From assembly GCA_047495785.1 (NCBI GenBank), contig JBLDXI010000001.1, positions 4,278,001 to 4,342,000 of the forward strand: 64,000 bases of DNA, read 5' to 3'. Source of the DNA: Lepidodermella squamata. Lineage: Eukaryota; Animalia; Gastrotricha. The notes under the pieces were generated by a model. It did not search any database and was not told the DNA's origin. It was given only the letters and a program-made list of their open reading frames with translations. Both the position numbers and the translations under genes were made by a program. Positions 38,401-50,494 of this stretch are shown one piece after another. Numbering within the stretch: the first letter of the stretch is position 1; each line of letters begins with the position of its first letter.

Positions 38401-38689
38401 TACGAACGGTTTCGACCATCGATCGCCGCCAACTTCGACATCCTCTTCGAATCGAACCCATCGAGCTGATTCGTACCAAGAGCCGTCGGTCAGTTCTTCG
38501 AGTTCGCAGAACAACCGGCATGTCTCTTCAACAGGGGTGTCAGGGAATAGCAGTTCCGCTAAGCGATCGACCCCTCCCTCCTCAGTTTTCTCACCAGGAG
38601 CTTCCTCTGACAACGTAAATAATGTTGACATTGCGGATGAAAAAAATCAACTGCGATGTGTTACCTATCGTAAAGCTGACCGGTTCCAT
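35467..38689 (-). CDS. SLC4: SLC4 bicarbonate transporter, copy 5 (compact)
   Basis: Exons 38689-38665, 38606-36679, 36623-36351, 36295-35798, 35746-35621, 35568-35467. Confidence 0.93.
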
Positions 38690-40527
38690 GTTGCTCGAGA
38701 TAATGCTACGTGCAATTAAAAGTTACCGATTAACATTCTAGTTGATAATTACAGAGCGAGATAACAGTTACGGTTTTAACCCAGAAACAACACGGCGGGT
38801 TTATTGAGGGTCACAGATCCGCGCTACCGTGACAAAATGCAGACGCCGTACTTTTGCTATGAATCGCGGCGCTGCATAATTGCATTGGCCAGCAGCGCTA
38901 CGCTTTTTTCTAGAAGGAGCGTACCGAAAAGCAACGTATGGCCTCATTCTGCAGACAACTACTACTACGCCGGCTTTTTGTGTATATGTGATTATAATAA
39001 TAACCACATATAAATATATATATACGGTACAGCATATTACGCGAGCAGGAAAAAATGCACCCATCCTGCTTGTTATCGATTTTCGTGAGCCGGCGTATTG
39101 TGTGTATATCAGCGGTAGGCTAGTACGGCGGCAGCGGCGGCGGAAGATCGCGCGCATCGATAAAAGGAGGCGTCGCAGCCCTATTCATGAGTTGGCGCTT
39201 TCATTCCGCTGAAAACACATGCGAGCATAACGATACTTGGAGGCGATAAACAAGATTTCTTTGACTGCGGTTACGATGTAGCAAATTCGACAAGTGTATC
39301 GTGCGAAATCTCCATGGATATACGTGGCGCTGACTTTATAAGCGGAAAAAGGCCCCATCCAGATTTATGTTACCCAACTACGGATGAATGCAATAAAAAA
39401 CGTGTTACATTCTATGTGGGACATGGCGTAGTGCCAGAATTGGCGTTCTTAAGAGCGTGAGACCCACGTGATGTGGGACCCACGCAAAAACACTTGCAAA
39501 TTCAAGGGCTAAATACCGGGTCAAGCGGGGGTCGATAAGCATTTTCGAAAAAAGCCGATTCCTTAACCAGAAATAGTAACTAAGATAAACCTTACTAAGC
39601 CAATAGGGCGCTGTCGCTCGATAAAGGAATTTTCTCGGTGTAGAGGATTTCCCTGATATGGATGGTTGGGACATTCAATGTCTTGACTTATCCTAAAAAA
39701 AGCACAAAAAGACTTTTTGAATCGCGTGATTGAGACTTTTCGCGCGCCTATGGGCCATCAATAATCTCTCTAAATACTCCTTTTGATGAAAATCTGTCGG
39801 CCACGTGCTCGTCATTTGATGTAAGAAGTTGAGAAGAATGTAAGTTGAAAGGAAGCAAAAGTGTGCCCGCATCTGTGCGCAGCGATTTTGTCCCGTCTTA
39901 ACCCCAAAAAATCCGCCGTAATGCAATTTATTTCGCGTCTGAAGTGCTTATTCGGCAGAAAAAACAATAATGTATCCGCCGCTCATAAATATATATGATC
40001 GATCGAAGTCGTAAGAGAATGAGACAACTCACAAGCTGTGAAGATTGAATTATTTTATTGCATATTAAACGACGCTCAGCAAAAAAATCTAGAAAAAAAA
40101 CAAACTGAAACGAGCCGGTTAATTAAATATTTATGCATTTAAATTAAGCCAAAAAAGCCGGAGATGGGTCCATTTTTACGAGTTTAACTTGGCAGTGAAA
40201 ACGATAGGAATTTTCCAGCAGTTTCGCTCCTAGGCTTGCACTCAATGTAATGAGAAATTCAAAACCTGGCGAACCCTTCAGCTGTTTACGAGTAATTTGA
40301 GTTCCATCGATCGATAACTTGTCTCATAAGTCTGAAGTCACGAACTTAATCTGAAGCTCGGTGCTCATATAAATTTCACTTGATATGACCTGGTGTCGCA
40401 AAAGTAGTGCGAAAGACGCGGGAACCGATAAGAAAGCTGTTTCCAAATTTGCATAAAAAACACGTGTTGCACCAAACCTTTAGTCACGTTTATTCACAAG
40501 CTTTTCTAGTTCAAATTGAGCAATTTA

Positions 40528-43500
40528 TCAAGCTGTTACTTGGTCCTTGTTCAATGGTTCAGCCTCCTTGATTCTTTGTTTGATTTCCCGAGACGATGGA
40601 GCATTTTCCTGTTAAATCAATGTCATAGAAAAATCCATGAGTAGAATCAAATGTTACCTCAGGTTTCGGAGATTTCCTGGGAACAGCTAAAACATTCTTA
40701 GGCAGCGGATCATCGATAAATCTCAACTCTTCTTGGGTAAAGACGTATTCCAACAGCTTACGAACAGCTATCATCACAACAAGCTTTAAAGAGGGAAATT
40801 TGAAAATTTTAGCAACGCAAAACTACTGTATTATCCTACCATTAAAATGAAGAGGATTGATATAACTTTAATCTCTTTGATCACCCAAAGTGCGACAAAA
40901 GCTGAAAGCTGGATGAGGGTGAAGAGATGGACTCGCCAGGTTTTCATATGCCGCAAGTAAGGAACATCAGGTTGATACTTCACGGGCATCAAGAACAGCT
41001 GGACTCTTTGATAGAACTGCGAGGTCTGTAAAGCAGTTAGGCCCATGTAAAGAAAAACTCCGTACAAAACTGGCATCGGAATGTATTTCAAAATCGCCCT
41101 CAGCGGAATTGAGCAACCTATTAAGGCGAAAACAACGAAGCCGGTGACCCTTTGCTCGATGAGGCCGAGAAATTGCGGTTGTTCACCAGGAGCCGAGGTT
41201 TTGGACTGCCTCTTCAGGGAAGTCACGTGACTGATTGTTGGAACAGTAGCGGCTATGAGGTATGGCAGTCCGAAAGTTGCGCAAAGTGCCACTTGGATTG
41301 TAACGACTAGCATATCCAAATGATATCCCTTTCCCTTCTAAATTCACTAAAATTATGCCATGAATCCGAAAAATGTAGTGGTATGCGCACCTTGAGCTTG
41401 TGCTCTTTACGATTGACGATCACAGCAGGAATTTGTTGGTCCATAAATAATAACACAGCCAACAGCATAGCGGGTATAATCGCTGCGAAAATGACCCAAA
41501 TTGGGCAGTTGAATGGTTGAACGATCCATCCGCGATCTGGCTTTGTTGGCGCAAAATGGTCTGGAACGATCAGTTTCGGGGTACGAAGACCCATGAAAAA
41601 GTCGATCAGCACCATGGCAAGAATGGATAGTGAAACAGCGAAATCGCTGATTGTGTTTCTTACCTTAAAAAGAGAAAGTGATAATTAGAAAATGTTACTC
41701 CTCATTCGTAAAAGATGTTGAGTTTTGAGTTCAAACATCTTAGAATGGAAATTTCCTTATTTTCAACTCGAAGAACGCTTGTAAAAGATGGGATTAGTTT
41801 GAACAAACTAATTAGAAACTAGGTCTTACCATAACAGGGAAGAATCGAGTTTCTCGGAAATCAGTCAATTTCAAGGCGAGCCAGCACGTTCCGGCAAAAA
41901 TCATGCACGAAAAGAAGAAAACTTCAGGTACAGGCTGCGTGAGACCGCATCCAGGGCCAAGCTTTGCGCAGCTAGCGTTAACTTCGCATTGATCAACTGT
42001 CAAATTACTGCAATTGACATTGGTAAAATTGATTGGATCTGTCCAATTTTTCGGAGAGCAACTGCAGCTGAAATCTGTTTTCAAAGCTTCAGGAGACGCG
42101 ATGCCATTGATTTCGTAAATCTCGTAGATGGCTTGAAACGCTTCGACAATGAAAATGATAGAAACAAGCGTTGCAAAGCACTCTTCCGTGAATCTTGTGA
42201 TCAACGCAACAAGCGCGCTCAAATCGAACGCGACAACCAGTAGGAAGATGAACGCGGTCCAAATGCCGATCCAGAAGCGCGTTGGTAGGTATTCAAGCTC
42301 GTGATCACTCGTGAACCCGTAGAGAATTTTCTCGAAAATCAAAACAGGCCCAGTTGTTGCTAAGATCGTAATTGGCTGCCCAGCGAACAAATTATAAGTT
42401 GTGCCGCAAATTCCGCCGGAAAGAATCGACTCGAAAGCTGCCATGTTTTTGTTTGTCGCCATGCTTAGCAGACCACCGAATGTGACAATAGGGGAAAGAC
42501 AGGCGAAAAAGAGGTAAAAAATCGAAGCAATACACTGAAAATTGAGCGCGTCCTTGAAATCGGACAAATACCAGGGAGCTTATCGTTTCAAATCTTCCAC
42601 TAGACCACCGAAAAGCCGCCCAGTTCTTTGGAGAGCTGGATCTAATTGAACAGCAGATTCGTCTTGCTCGTAATTTTCCCGCCTTTTCAACAGCTCTTCC
42701 GCATATATATTGGGCTGAGGCAGGCTGTTTGAACTTTGCGGGGCCTTCAAGGATCTTGTTGTCGCTATTCTCTGAATTAGGCCAACTTTCGATCCTCCAA
42801 AGACGGAACTTGACTTGGCGGCTCAATGCGAATCTTCGGATCCCATTCACTAGGAGGTAGTGCGATGATTTTGTCCAGGAATTCGTCCAAACCCGCGAGA
42901 ATGTCGGCCCTTGTTGAGCTGCGGTAGACAACCTCGCGGAATATATCATCGGCCATCGCGGTCTGCATAGCTCGCCCGATCTCGCGCAGGTCTTTCGCAA
43001 CCGCTTTCGGGCCAAGAATCACACAGATGAATCTCGTGGGAACTGATACTTCAGCACATTCTTTCAGGGTGATGCGAGTCGCCAGACGGATGAAAGCTAG
43101 GACAGGGGCTGTTGCGAAATCAACCCCTCCGACTAGGGCGGTTGAAGCCTCCGAATCGGGCGAGAGTTTCTTGGCGAATCGAGCGTTTTGCCGGATTTTT
43201 CCATCACCTTGAAGTTGGGGGCTATCCGACGGATTCTCACTCTCTACATTGCGACTCGATAGCTTCTTACCAATTTCAGACAAACCTCGAGTGAACTTTT
43301 CGAAGTGATGAATGTGGCGAAGTTTCAAAGTTTCAACAACGCTGTCACGAAACTCCTGGCTGATCAAACCTTTCTCGATCAAAGCGTCAGCAATTGATGA
43401 TGTTAGCTGGTTGAAATCATGGGCTCTTCCATTTAGCTCTAAAGCTCCGTGTGACAACAAAGAGCGAAGTTCGAATAGCGATCGCATGGAGAGGGCTGCG

Positions 43501-43995
43501 ACAAATGGTTTCGACCATCGTCCGCCGCCACTTTCGACACATTCCTCAAAGCGAACCCATCGAGCTGTTTGTTGCCAAAGATTATCTGTCAGCTCTTGCA
43601 ACTCACAGAAAAGCTGGAACGGTTGGTCAGTCGGGTTGGCGGGGAAAATGATTGCTTCGAGACGATCAATGTCCACACCATCTTCCACGTCCGGACCTTG
43701 GACAGGCGGTTCTGAAATTAAATGAGAAAAATATTCGGCTTTGATGACGGCGGTACTATGGGCCTAAGTCAATTGTGCTACGCGGACGCGCTACACGCAT
43801 ATAGCACGCAATTTATTGAGAGGAACTTCTTAAATAACAAGATTCCTTGTTAGAATGCCTATAAATTTGTATGTTTATGCTTAAATTTAAATGAGAATAT
43901 AATTATGACTTCGATGATGAAGTATCGTCTGGTGGACAATAGAAAAGGTATAAGGTAAAGTGTGTCATACCTATTGAAAATCTCGCCATTTCCAT
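40528..43995 (-). pseudogene. SLC4: SLC4 copy 6, disrupted (frameshift plus nonsense codon)
   Basis: Exons 43995-43971, 43711-41830, 41663-41391, 41337-40840, 40783-40658, 40608-40528. An apparent 1-nt loss near 42781 gives RKLA* and homology resumes in another frame (LIQRIATTRS). A second in-frame TAA lies at 42580-42582 (LKR*APWY vs VKRKAPWF in copy 5). Confidence 0.8.
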
Positions 43996-44641
43996 TACAA
44001 AGCAGCTACCAACGCTTTGAACAGTCAAAAAAACCTAGAAAATTAGGGCTGACAAAAATAAAAACCAAATTGATCTTTTCTTGGGACTACTTGGTACTAT
44101 AGGAATTTTTTCCCACAGCCGGATATTTACAGATTCAAAAGAAGCAATGGGAGTTGCATCTAATCTCAGATGCATAGCTAGTGTATATATAGGATTTACT
44201 GATCCACTACATGAGGAGCGTACGCGATAAGAAAAAATACCCTCGTTGCGTATCGCGTATATCGATTATTCACTGCTTTCTGTGTACAAGATACGACCGC
44301 GCACAGACCCATTCATAATTTTTTGCGATGCACTCGACTTTCGGACAAACAGTAAACAACATCGCCATATATTCAGTACGATGCTTAAAAACGATCGATT
44401 TTCGGAAATATTAGAATTAAAAAAGTTTCAATTAACTTTCAAGTCGTCATTTTAATGCAAACTGCATAATTTACAGAAGTTAGTACATTTGAATGATCAT
44501 CGAAAAACGTAATACAATTATATTAATTTTATCAGGAAAGAGAAGAAATTAAGTATGAAGGATGAATGGCAGGAAAAATGTCGCCGATAGCTGGGCTCGA
44601 GTTATAATGATGCATAAGCCAGGAAAACCGAAAAATGTGGC

Positions 44642-47600
44642 CTAGACCTGATTCGCCACTGCAGAATTGCTGAGCTGTTTCTTATCGGCCTCACTGCCGG
44701 AACTCCTCTTCCTGAGGTTGGAAGCCGAAGCTGTTTTACTCTTAGAAACCTGAATGGGAATAATACGAATGACAAAAATTCAGGAAAATTGTTTTGGTAT
44801 TACAAACCTCAGGTTTGTTAGCTTCTTCCTTTGAATCCGGCGAAGCAACTGCAAGGGGATTCTTTGGCAGCACATCATCAACCCAACGAAGCTCTTCTTG
44901 TGTGAAAACAAAATCTAGCACCTTACGTAGAGCTACCATGATCACAAGCTGAAATGAAAATAAACATCGTAAAACAACTTAGTACTACAGGAAGTTCAAA
45001 CCATGAGTATAAAAAGGATAGAAATCGACTTGATCTGTTTTATAACCCAAAGGCCCATGAAAGCCACCAATTGGATAACGGTGAACATGTGAACTCGCCA
45101 AGTCTTCATATGCCTCAGATAAGGAGCATCTGGTTGGTACTTGACTGGCATGAAGAACAGCAGGCATCTCTGGTAGAACTGCGATGTCTGTAGAGCAGCT
45201 AGACCCATGTAAAGGAACACTCCGTACAAAACAGGCATAGGGATGAACTTAAGCACTCCTCTCAACGGGATGGCGCATCCAATAAGGACGAAAACCATGA
45301 AGCCAGTGACTCGCTGTTCAATGAGACCAAGGAATTTTGGCTGTTCGCCCGGGGCTGATGTTTCGGACTGTTTTCTCAGAGAATTAACGTGGGTTATCGA
45401 TAGCACAGTGGCTGCGACAAAATATGGCAGTCCAAAGAAGGCACAGACAACTACATGAACCACCAGCACCAGTAAATCGAGATGATAGCCCTTTCCTTTC
45501 ACCAATTTATGCTCACGACGGTTGACAATAACCGCCGTAATTTGCTGATCCATGAACAGCAGCACTGCGAGAAGAAATGCTGGGAAAGGAGCGGCTAAAA
45601 TAGTCCATACAGGATTGGCAAATGGTTGGACAATCCAACCGCGATCCGGTAGGGTAGGTCCGAAGTCCTTGGGGACAGTCAATTTCGGAGTTGGCAAATC
45701 CACGAAAAAGTCAATCGTCACCATCGTAAAAATTGAAATCGATACAGCAAAGTCGCTGATGATATTTCGAACCTTATTTGGGAAGAACGGGGTTGTTCTA
45801 AAGTCCTTCAAGGAGAAGGACATGAAGCAAGTCCCGACGAAGATCAAGCAGGAGAAGAAAAATACGTCAGGCTTTGGTTCTAGGGCCCCGCATCCCTCGC
45901 CAGCCTTCACACAATCCGGGGTGGGACAGTTAGAGGAGTTAAAAGCCCAGCAATTCAAGCTTGAGGTGAAATTAAGAGGTTCAGGGTTAGTTTCACACCA
46001 ACATGAGTAATTCTTCGCAAGATTCCAACCGCTGCTTATCGGGTTAGCCTTGTAGATGCCGTAAATTGCTGTGAAAGCTTCGAAGATGAAAATTACTGAA
46101 ATCAGGGTCGCGAAACATTCCTCGGTAAATCTGGTGATGAGCTGAACGAGGGCACTTAGATCGAACATGACAATTAGGAGCATGTAAGCAGCAGTCCAAA
46201 CGCCGATCCAAAAACGGAGGCATAGATAGTTGAAATCTCTACCACTTGCGAAGTTGAAGACAATCTTCTCGAAAAGCAGAACTGGCCCAGTTGACCCAAT
46301 AATTGTTACAGGCTGGCCTGCGAACAGATGATAAGTCGTACCGCAAATCGCTCCGGTAAGGATGGATTCAAAAGCAGCCATATTCTGCCCAGTTGCCTCG
46401 CCCAGAAGGCCTCCAAAAGTGACAATAGGAGCCAAACAAGCGAAGAATAAGTATATGATAGACGCGACACATTGAACGCTTAGAGCATCTGTGAAGTCTG
46501 ATAGATACCATGGTGCTTTTCGGCGAATATCAGCCACGAGACCTCCAAAAATTCGACCAGTTCTTTGAAGGGTTGGATCAACTCCATGGCCACATTCTGC
46601 TTCAGGCTCTGGCTCAGGTTCTGGAGGTTTTGGGGTTACAGAACCTCCCTGGTCCACCCCGCTAGTTTCACCAACATCCGAAGTACTCGGGACCTTCATG
46701 ACTAAGCCTTCTTGCAAATGTCCTGAGGAAGAGGTCGCCTCGAGACCGCTATTTTCGCCTAATTCTTCCGCAATTTGGTTCAGAGCGTTCATCCTCCTTT
46801 CATCCTGAGTTGGGACAGATTTCGGAGGTTGAATTCTGATACTAGGGTCCCATTCCCCAGGTGGGAGAATTGTGACTTCGTCAAGAAACTCATCCAATCC
46901 TGCCAATAAATCCTGCCGATCCCTAGCGCGATAGGCCACGTCCCGGAAGATATCATCTGACATGACTGTAGCCATTGATCGACCGATTTCCAAGAAATCT
47001 TTCGAACGGGCCGATGGTCCTAATAGCACGAAGACAAATCTTGTCGGGATACTAACCTCAGTTAAATCGTCAAGGATTAGGTCTTTTGACAGTCGAACAA
47101 AAGCGCAGACAACTTTGCTCAGGAAATCGACCCCGCCTACCAGGGTAGCTGAAGCTTGGGATCCAGGTGGCAGCTTCTTAGCGAAATGCTCGTTTTGCTT
47201 ATGCGGCTCCTCTGGAACAGGCTGAGGTTTAGGAACTGGAATCTGCGCTAGACCTGCAATTCCTCCAACAATCGCAGCAGATGCGCCGAGTCCTGTCGCC
47301 AATTGCGCAGACATCATCCCAGGTGAATTGTCCTCTGCAGAAAATGAAATAAAATTTGTGGATTTTTCATATTAAGAGAAACTTACGAGATGAAAGCTTT
47401 TTGCCGATTTCGTTCAGTCCGCGTTTAATTACACTTTGAGCATGTTCGTGCTGATGGATGTGCTTCAAATGCATAGTCGCGATGAATTCGTCCCTTTGGC
47501 CGACTTCCAGCAAGTTATTCCCAACCATTGCATCCGCAATGAGGCCGAAAAGCTCTCCGAAGTGACGAGGTTCCATGTCGAAGAGAATTACTCCGTTATT

Positions 47601-49221
47601 GAGGTTTGAGCGCAGCTCAAATAGAGCGTGAAGGGCTAGGGTTGCTACAAAGGGTTTCGACCATCGCCCACCGCCTTCTTCGACATCCTCCTCGAAACGA
47701 ACCCAGCGGGCCTTTTCGTGCCATTCTCCGTCTTGCAGTAGCTGGAGTTCGCAGAATAGAGCGTGAGACACTTCCTCGCCATCTTCTCCACTTATCAACT
47801 CCCGGAGTCGATCAGAGGAAACTGGCTCTGAATTTCAAAACAAGATAAACCATAAAATTCGAATAGTAGCTTTCTCAATAGTTAATTTCACACACCATTT
47901 TCATCCATAGTTATTTGCATTCAGGAGTTAGGAGGGGAAACGTTGAACGTTAAATCTGACAACACTTCTCGGAAAATTATGCTGGGGGGTAGTATATAAG
48001 ACCAGCCTTCCAAAATCGATTTCGACTCAGAATAATTTCTTGAGTAAACGATGGAAAATCAATCAAAAACCAATTTTCTCCAGATTAAAAATGCTAATTT
48101 TATGCAGCATATCATAAAGTCATAGCCCAATTTTGATCTTTTAGTCAGCTTTTGTTAGTCATTTGAGCACTATTCGAGGTTAAGTGACTTTGGGGTTAGT
48201 AAAATTCACAATAAAATCACACGTATTTCTCGGTACCTTGCCCGAGTGAACCTGCAGAAGATTCCCTATCAATGCCTAACAATTAATGTAAGATAGCAAC
48301 GTATAAACTAAGAAAGTCAACTCACTAGTAGAAAGATCCGGCACTCGTATCGAATTCTCACTCGGCGGCTTAGTCAACAACGGCTTCTCTTCTAAAGATT
48401 AGAGTGGTCAACAAAAAAATCAAACCATGCAATTCGAACTACAACAAGGGATTTTTCATACCTCCGGATGGCGTTGTAATCCACTCAACTTCCGGTGTTG
48501 GAACCTCCGCCCCTTCCACCATCTGGCTGCGCCTTCGTTGCCGGTTCCGGCGCTTCGCAGTCGGCATTTGAATGACCGTTGTCGCATCCTCGCGATGGCC
48601 TGTTGCCAAAATAGGAGATGGAGGGCATGAAGTTGTTGAAATCAAGGTACTCGACTCGCTAGTGCGGCGCCGCAATGTGCTAGGGGTGCCGCGTAAGCTA
48701 TCCGGCTCATCCTCGCCCGAGATGGTGCTATCAATGTGGCGCAGGCGCACCCGCTTGTTACGCAATAGGTACTCGGCCATTAACTACTACTACGCACTCG
48801 AAACTGCAGGCCGATGGCACAATGCTAGTCAACGTCGCTAATCGATTTCATCTCGTGCCGCCTGCTGATATTATTACGTCCCCCCATTATTGTTTGACAG
48901 CGGGCCAGGACCAATATATTTATTTAAGCGCGATAAAAAATTATTACTATTATTTTGCCTGATGGGACACGAAGTCATATACTGGCGGATATACGCGTGG
49001 TCGAAAAAGTATAAATAAAAACCGGGGAACAATGGCGGGGCGGAAATCGCGCTAGACCTTATCCGAAATATTAAATCGCTGCACAATATAATAATAATTT
49101 TTTGCGACAAACTTTGAATGTCCTCAGGGCCGACCAATAGATTGGCGTAGTTTTGCTTGTAGTCGACAATTACCGCCTCGTGAGGCGCAGCTGATGATTC
49201 TTCAGTGGGCTGGGCTGACAT
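44642..49221 (-). CDS. SLC4: SLC4 bicarbonate transporter, copy 7 (full N-terminus)
   Basis: Exons 49221-49113, 48599(or ATG 48780)-48462, 48391-48326, 48275-48237, 47827-47387, 47334-45002, 44948-44808, 44749-44642. Exon 1 VDYKQNYA matches copy 1 VDYKQFYA. Confidence 0.92.
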
Positions 49222-50494
49222 TACCCTGGCTGAATGCTGAATTCATAAAATCCAAAATTTTCAATCTTCTAAAAATGACTGACGAAATCGAAAAAATATT
49301 GTCAATTGAACTACAAAATGATGAAATTCCCTATCAAAAAGCTGAAATAAGACTCGGGGCTCTCTGAAATCGAGCGATTTAAGAATTTTGTGACCACGAA
49401 TAAACAGCGCGTATTATATCCAGTGATGACGGACGGCGACTATTTTATTGAATAATAAAACGCGCAAAAAATGCGAGTGGATTTGCAATCGAAATCGATA
49501 TTTTTCGCCGTCTTCATCGCACATGAAGTCGCCGTCCGTGCGCAAACGGCTAATGTTGCATTTTCTATATATACATCGACGAGTGGCTAAAAATAAGGAC
49601 CCGTTTTTTCAACGGAAACATTTTTCTATCGCGGGTGGATTTTTATTAGACGTGGTATAACCTTGGAACGTGCAAAAAAATATGATAATAAAATTGTTGG
49701 TAGACCGGTAGTACTTATATAAGATATTGATGGTATAGGCCGGCCGTTCATCAGAGTGTCTAGTTCGTATTTTTTCCTTCTCTCGCGTCTTTCGCCGAAT
49801 GAAAACGGTAATAAATGCTGCTGATGGTATGCTATTACGAGCTGCTCGATTTTCTTCTTCCTGCGTGTAATAATGTGTATACCGATGAGTGCGATGAGGG
49901 CGGCGAATTTATATTGGTACTATTTACTTCGCCCATTGTACCCAGCACGCTTTGAATCATGTTTTTTGGTACCGATTTGACCTTTCGTCCGGGCCTATGT
50001 CGGAAATTAGGATGAAGAAAATTAATGAGAGGGCTTTATAGCCGCTGTAATAACGCTTCCTTTTCGGGTTTTTGCCACTGTAATTTCGCTCGGAATATGG
50101 TCGTTAAATTCGCGCTCGAAAGAGGAAACAGTGAGGCCTGAATATTAAAGCAGCAATGCAATATTCCTACAGATATTGCGACATTCACTGCTGAGAGAAA
50201 CGGAGTTGCCGAACCCTTCTCCTTCAATCGCTTTCGAATTGGAAAATAGCCGATGAATTTCACCCTTGTCTATCACAGCTGAAGAGAAAAATCTTCTCCG
50301 GCTACACAAGAGCCAAGTTCCGCACAATAATATCCGAAATGCAATTCGTTATTAATTCGTTATTATCTCAGTCTCAATCGAGGTTAGACGGGTCTGAAAA
50401 CCGGTAGTGTGAATGATCTGTTCGCATTTGGAGTGAAAAATGGCATGGAAGGATCGCTTAGTCGGTCTGTTCTGAACTTCTTACTACAGATGAC

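Noticed and set aside
727-47848. Many plus-strand and alternate-frame ORFs overlapping SLC4 exons (e.g. 1298-1735, 2818-3552, 37400-37816, 45552-46010)
   Set aside because: Shadow frames of the transporter CDS; they recur across paralogs only because the sense codons are conserved.
1-49221. Array as an assembly artefact of uncollapsed haplotypes
   Set aside because: Copies differ widely in protein sequence, intron content and flanks.
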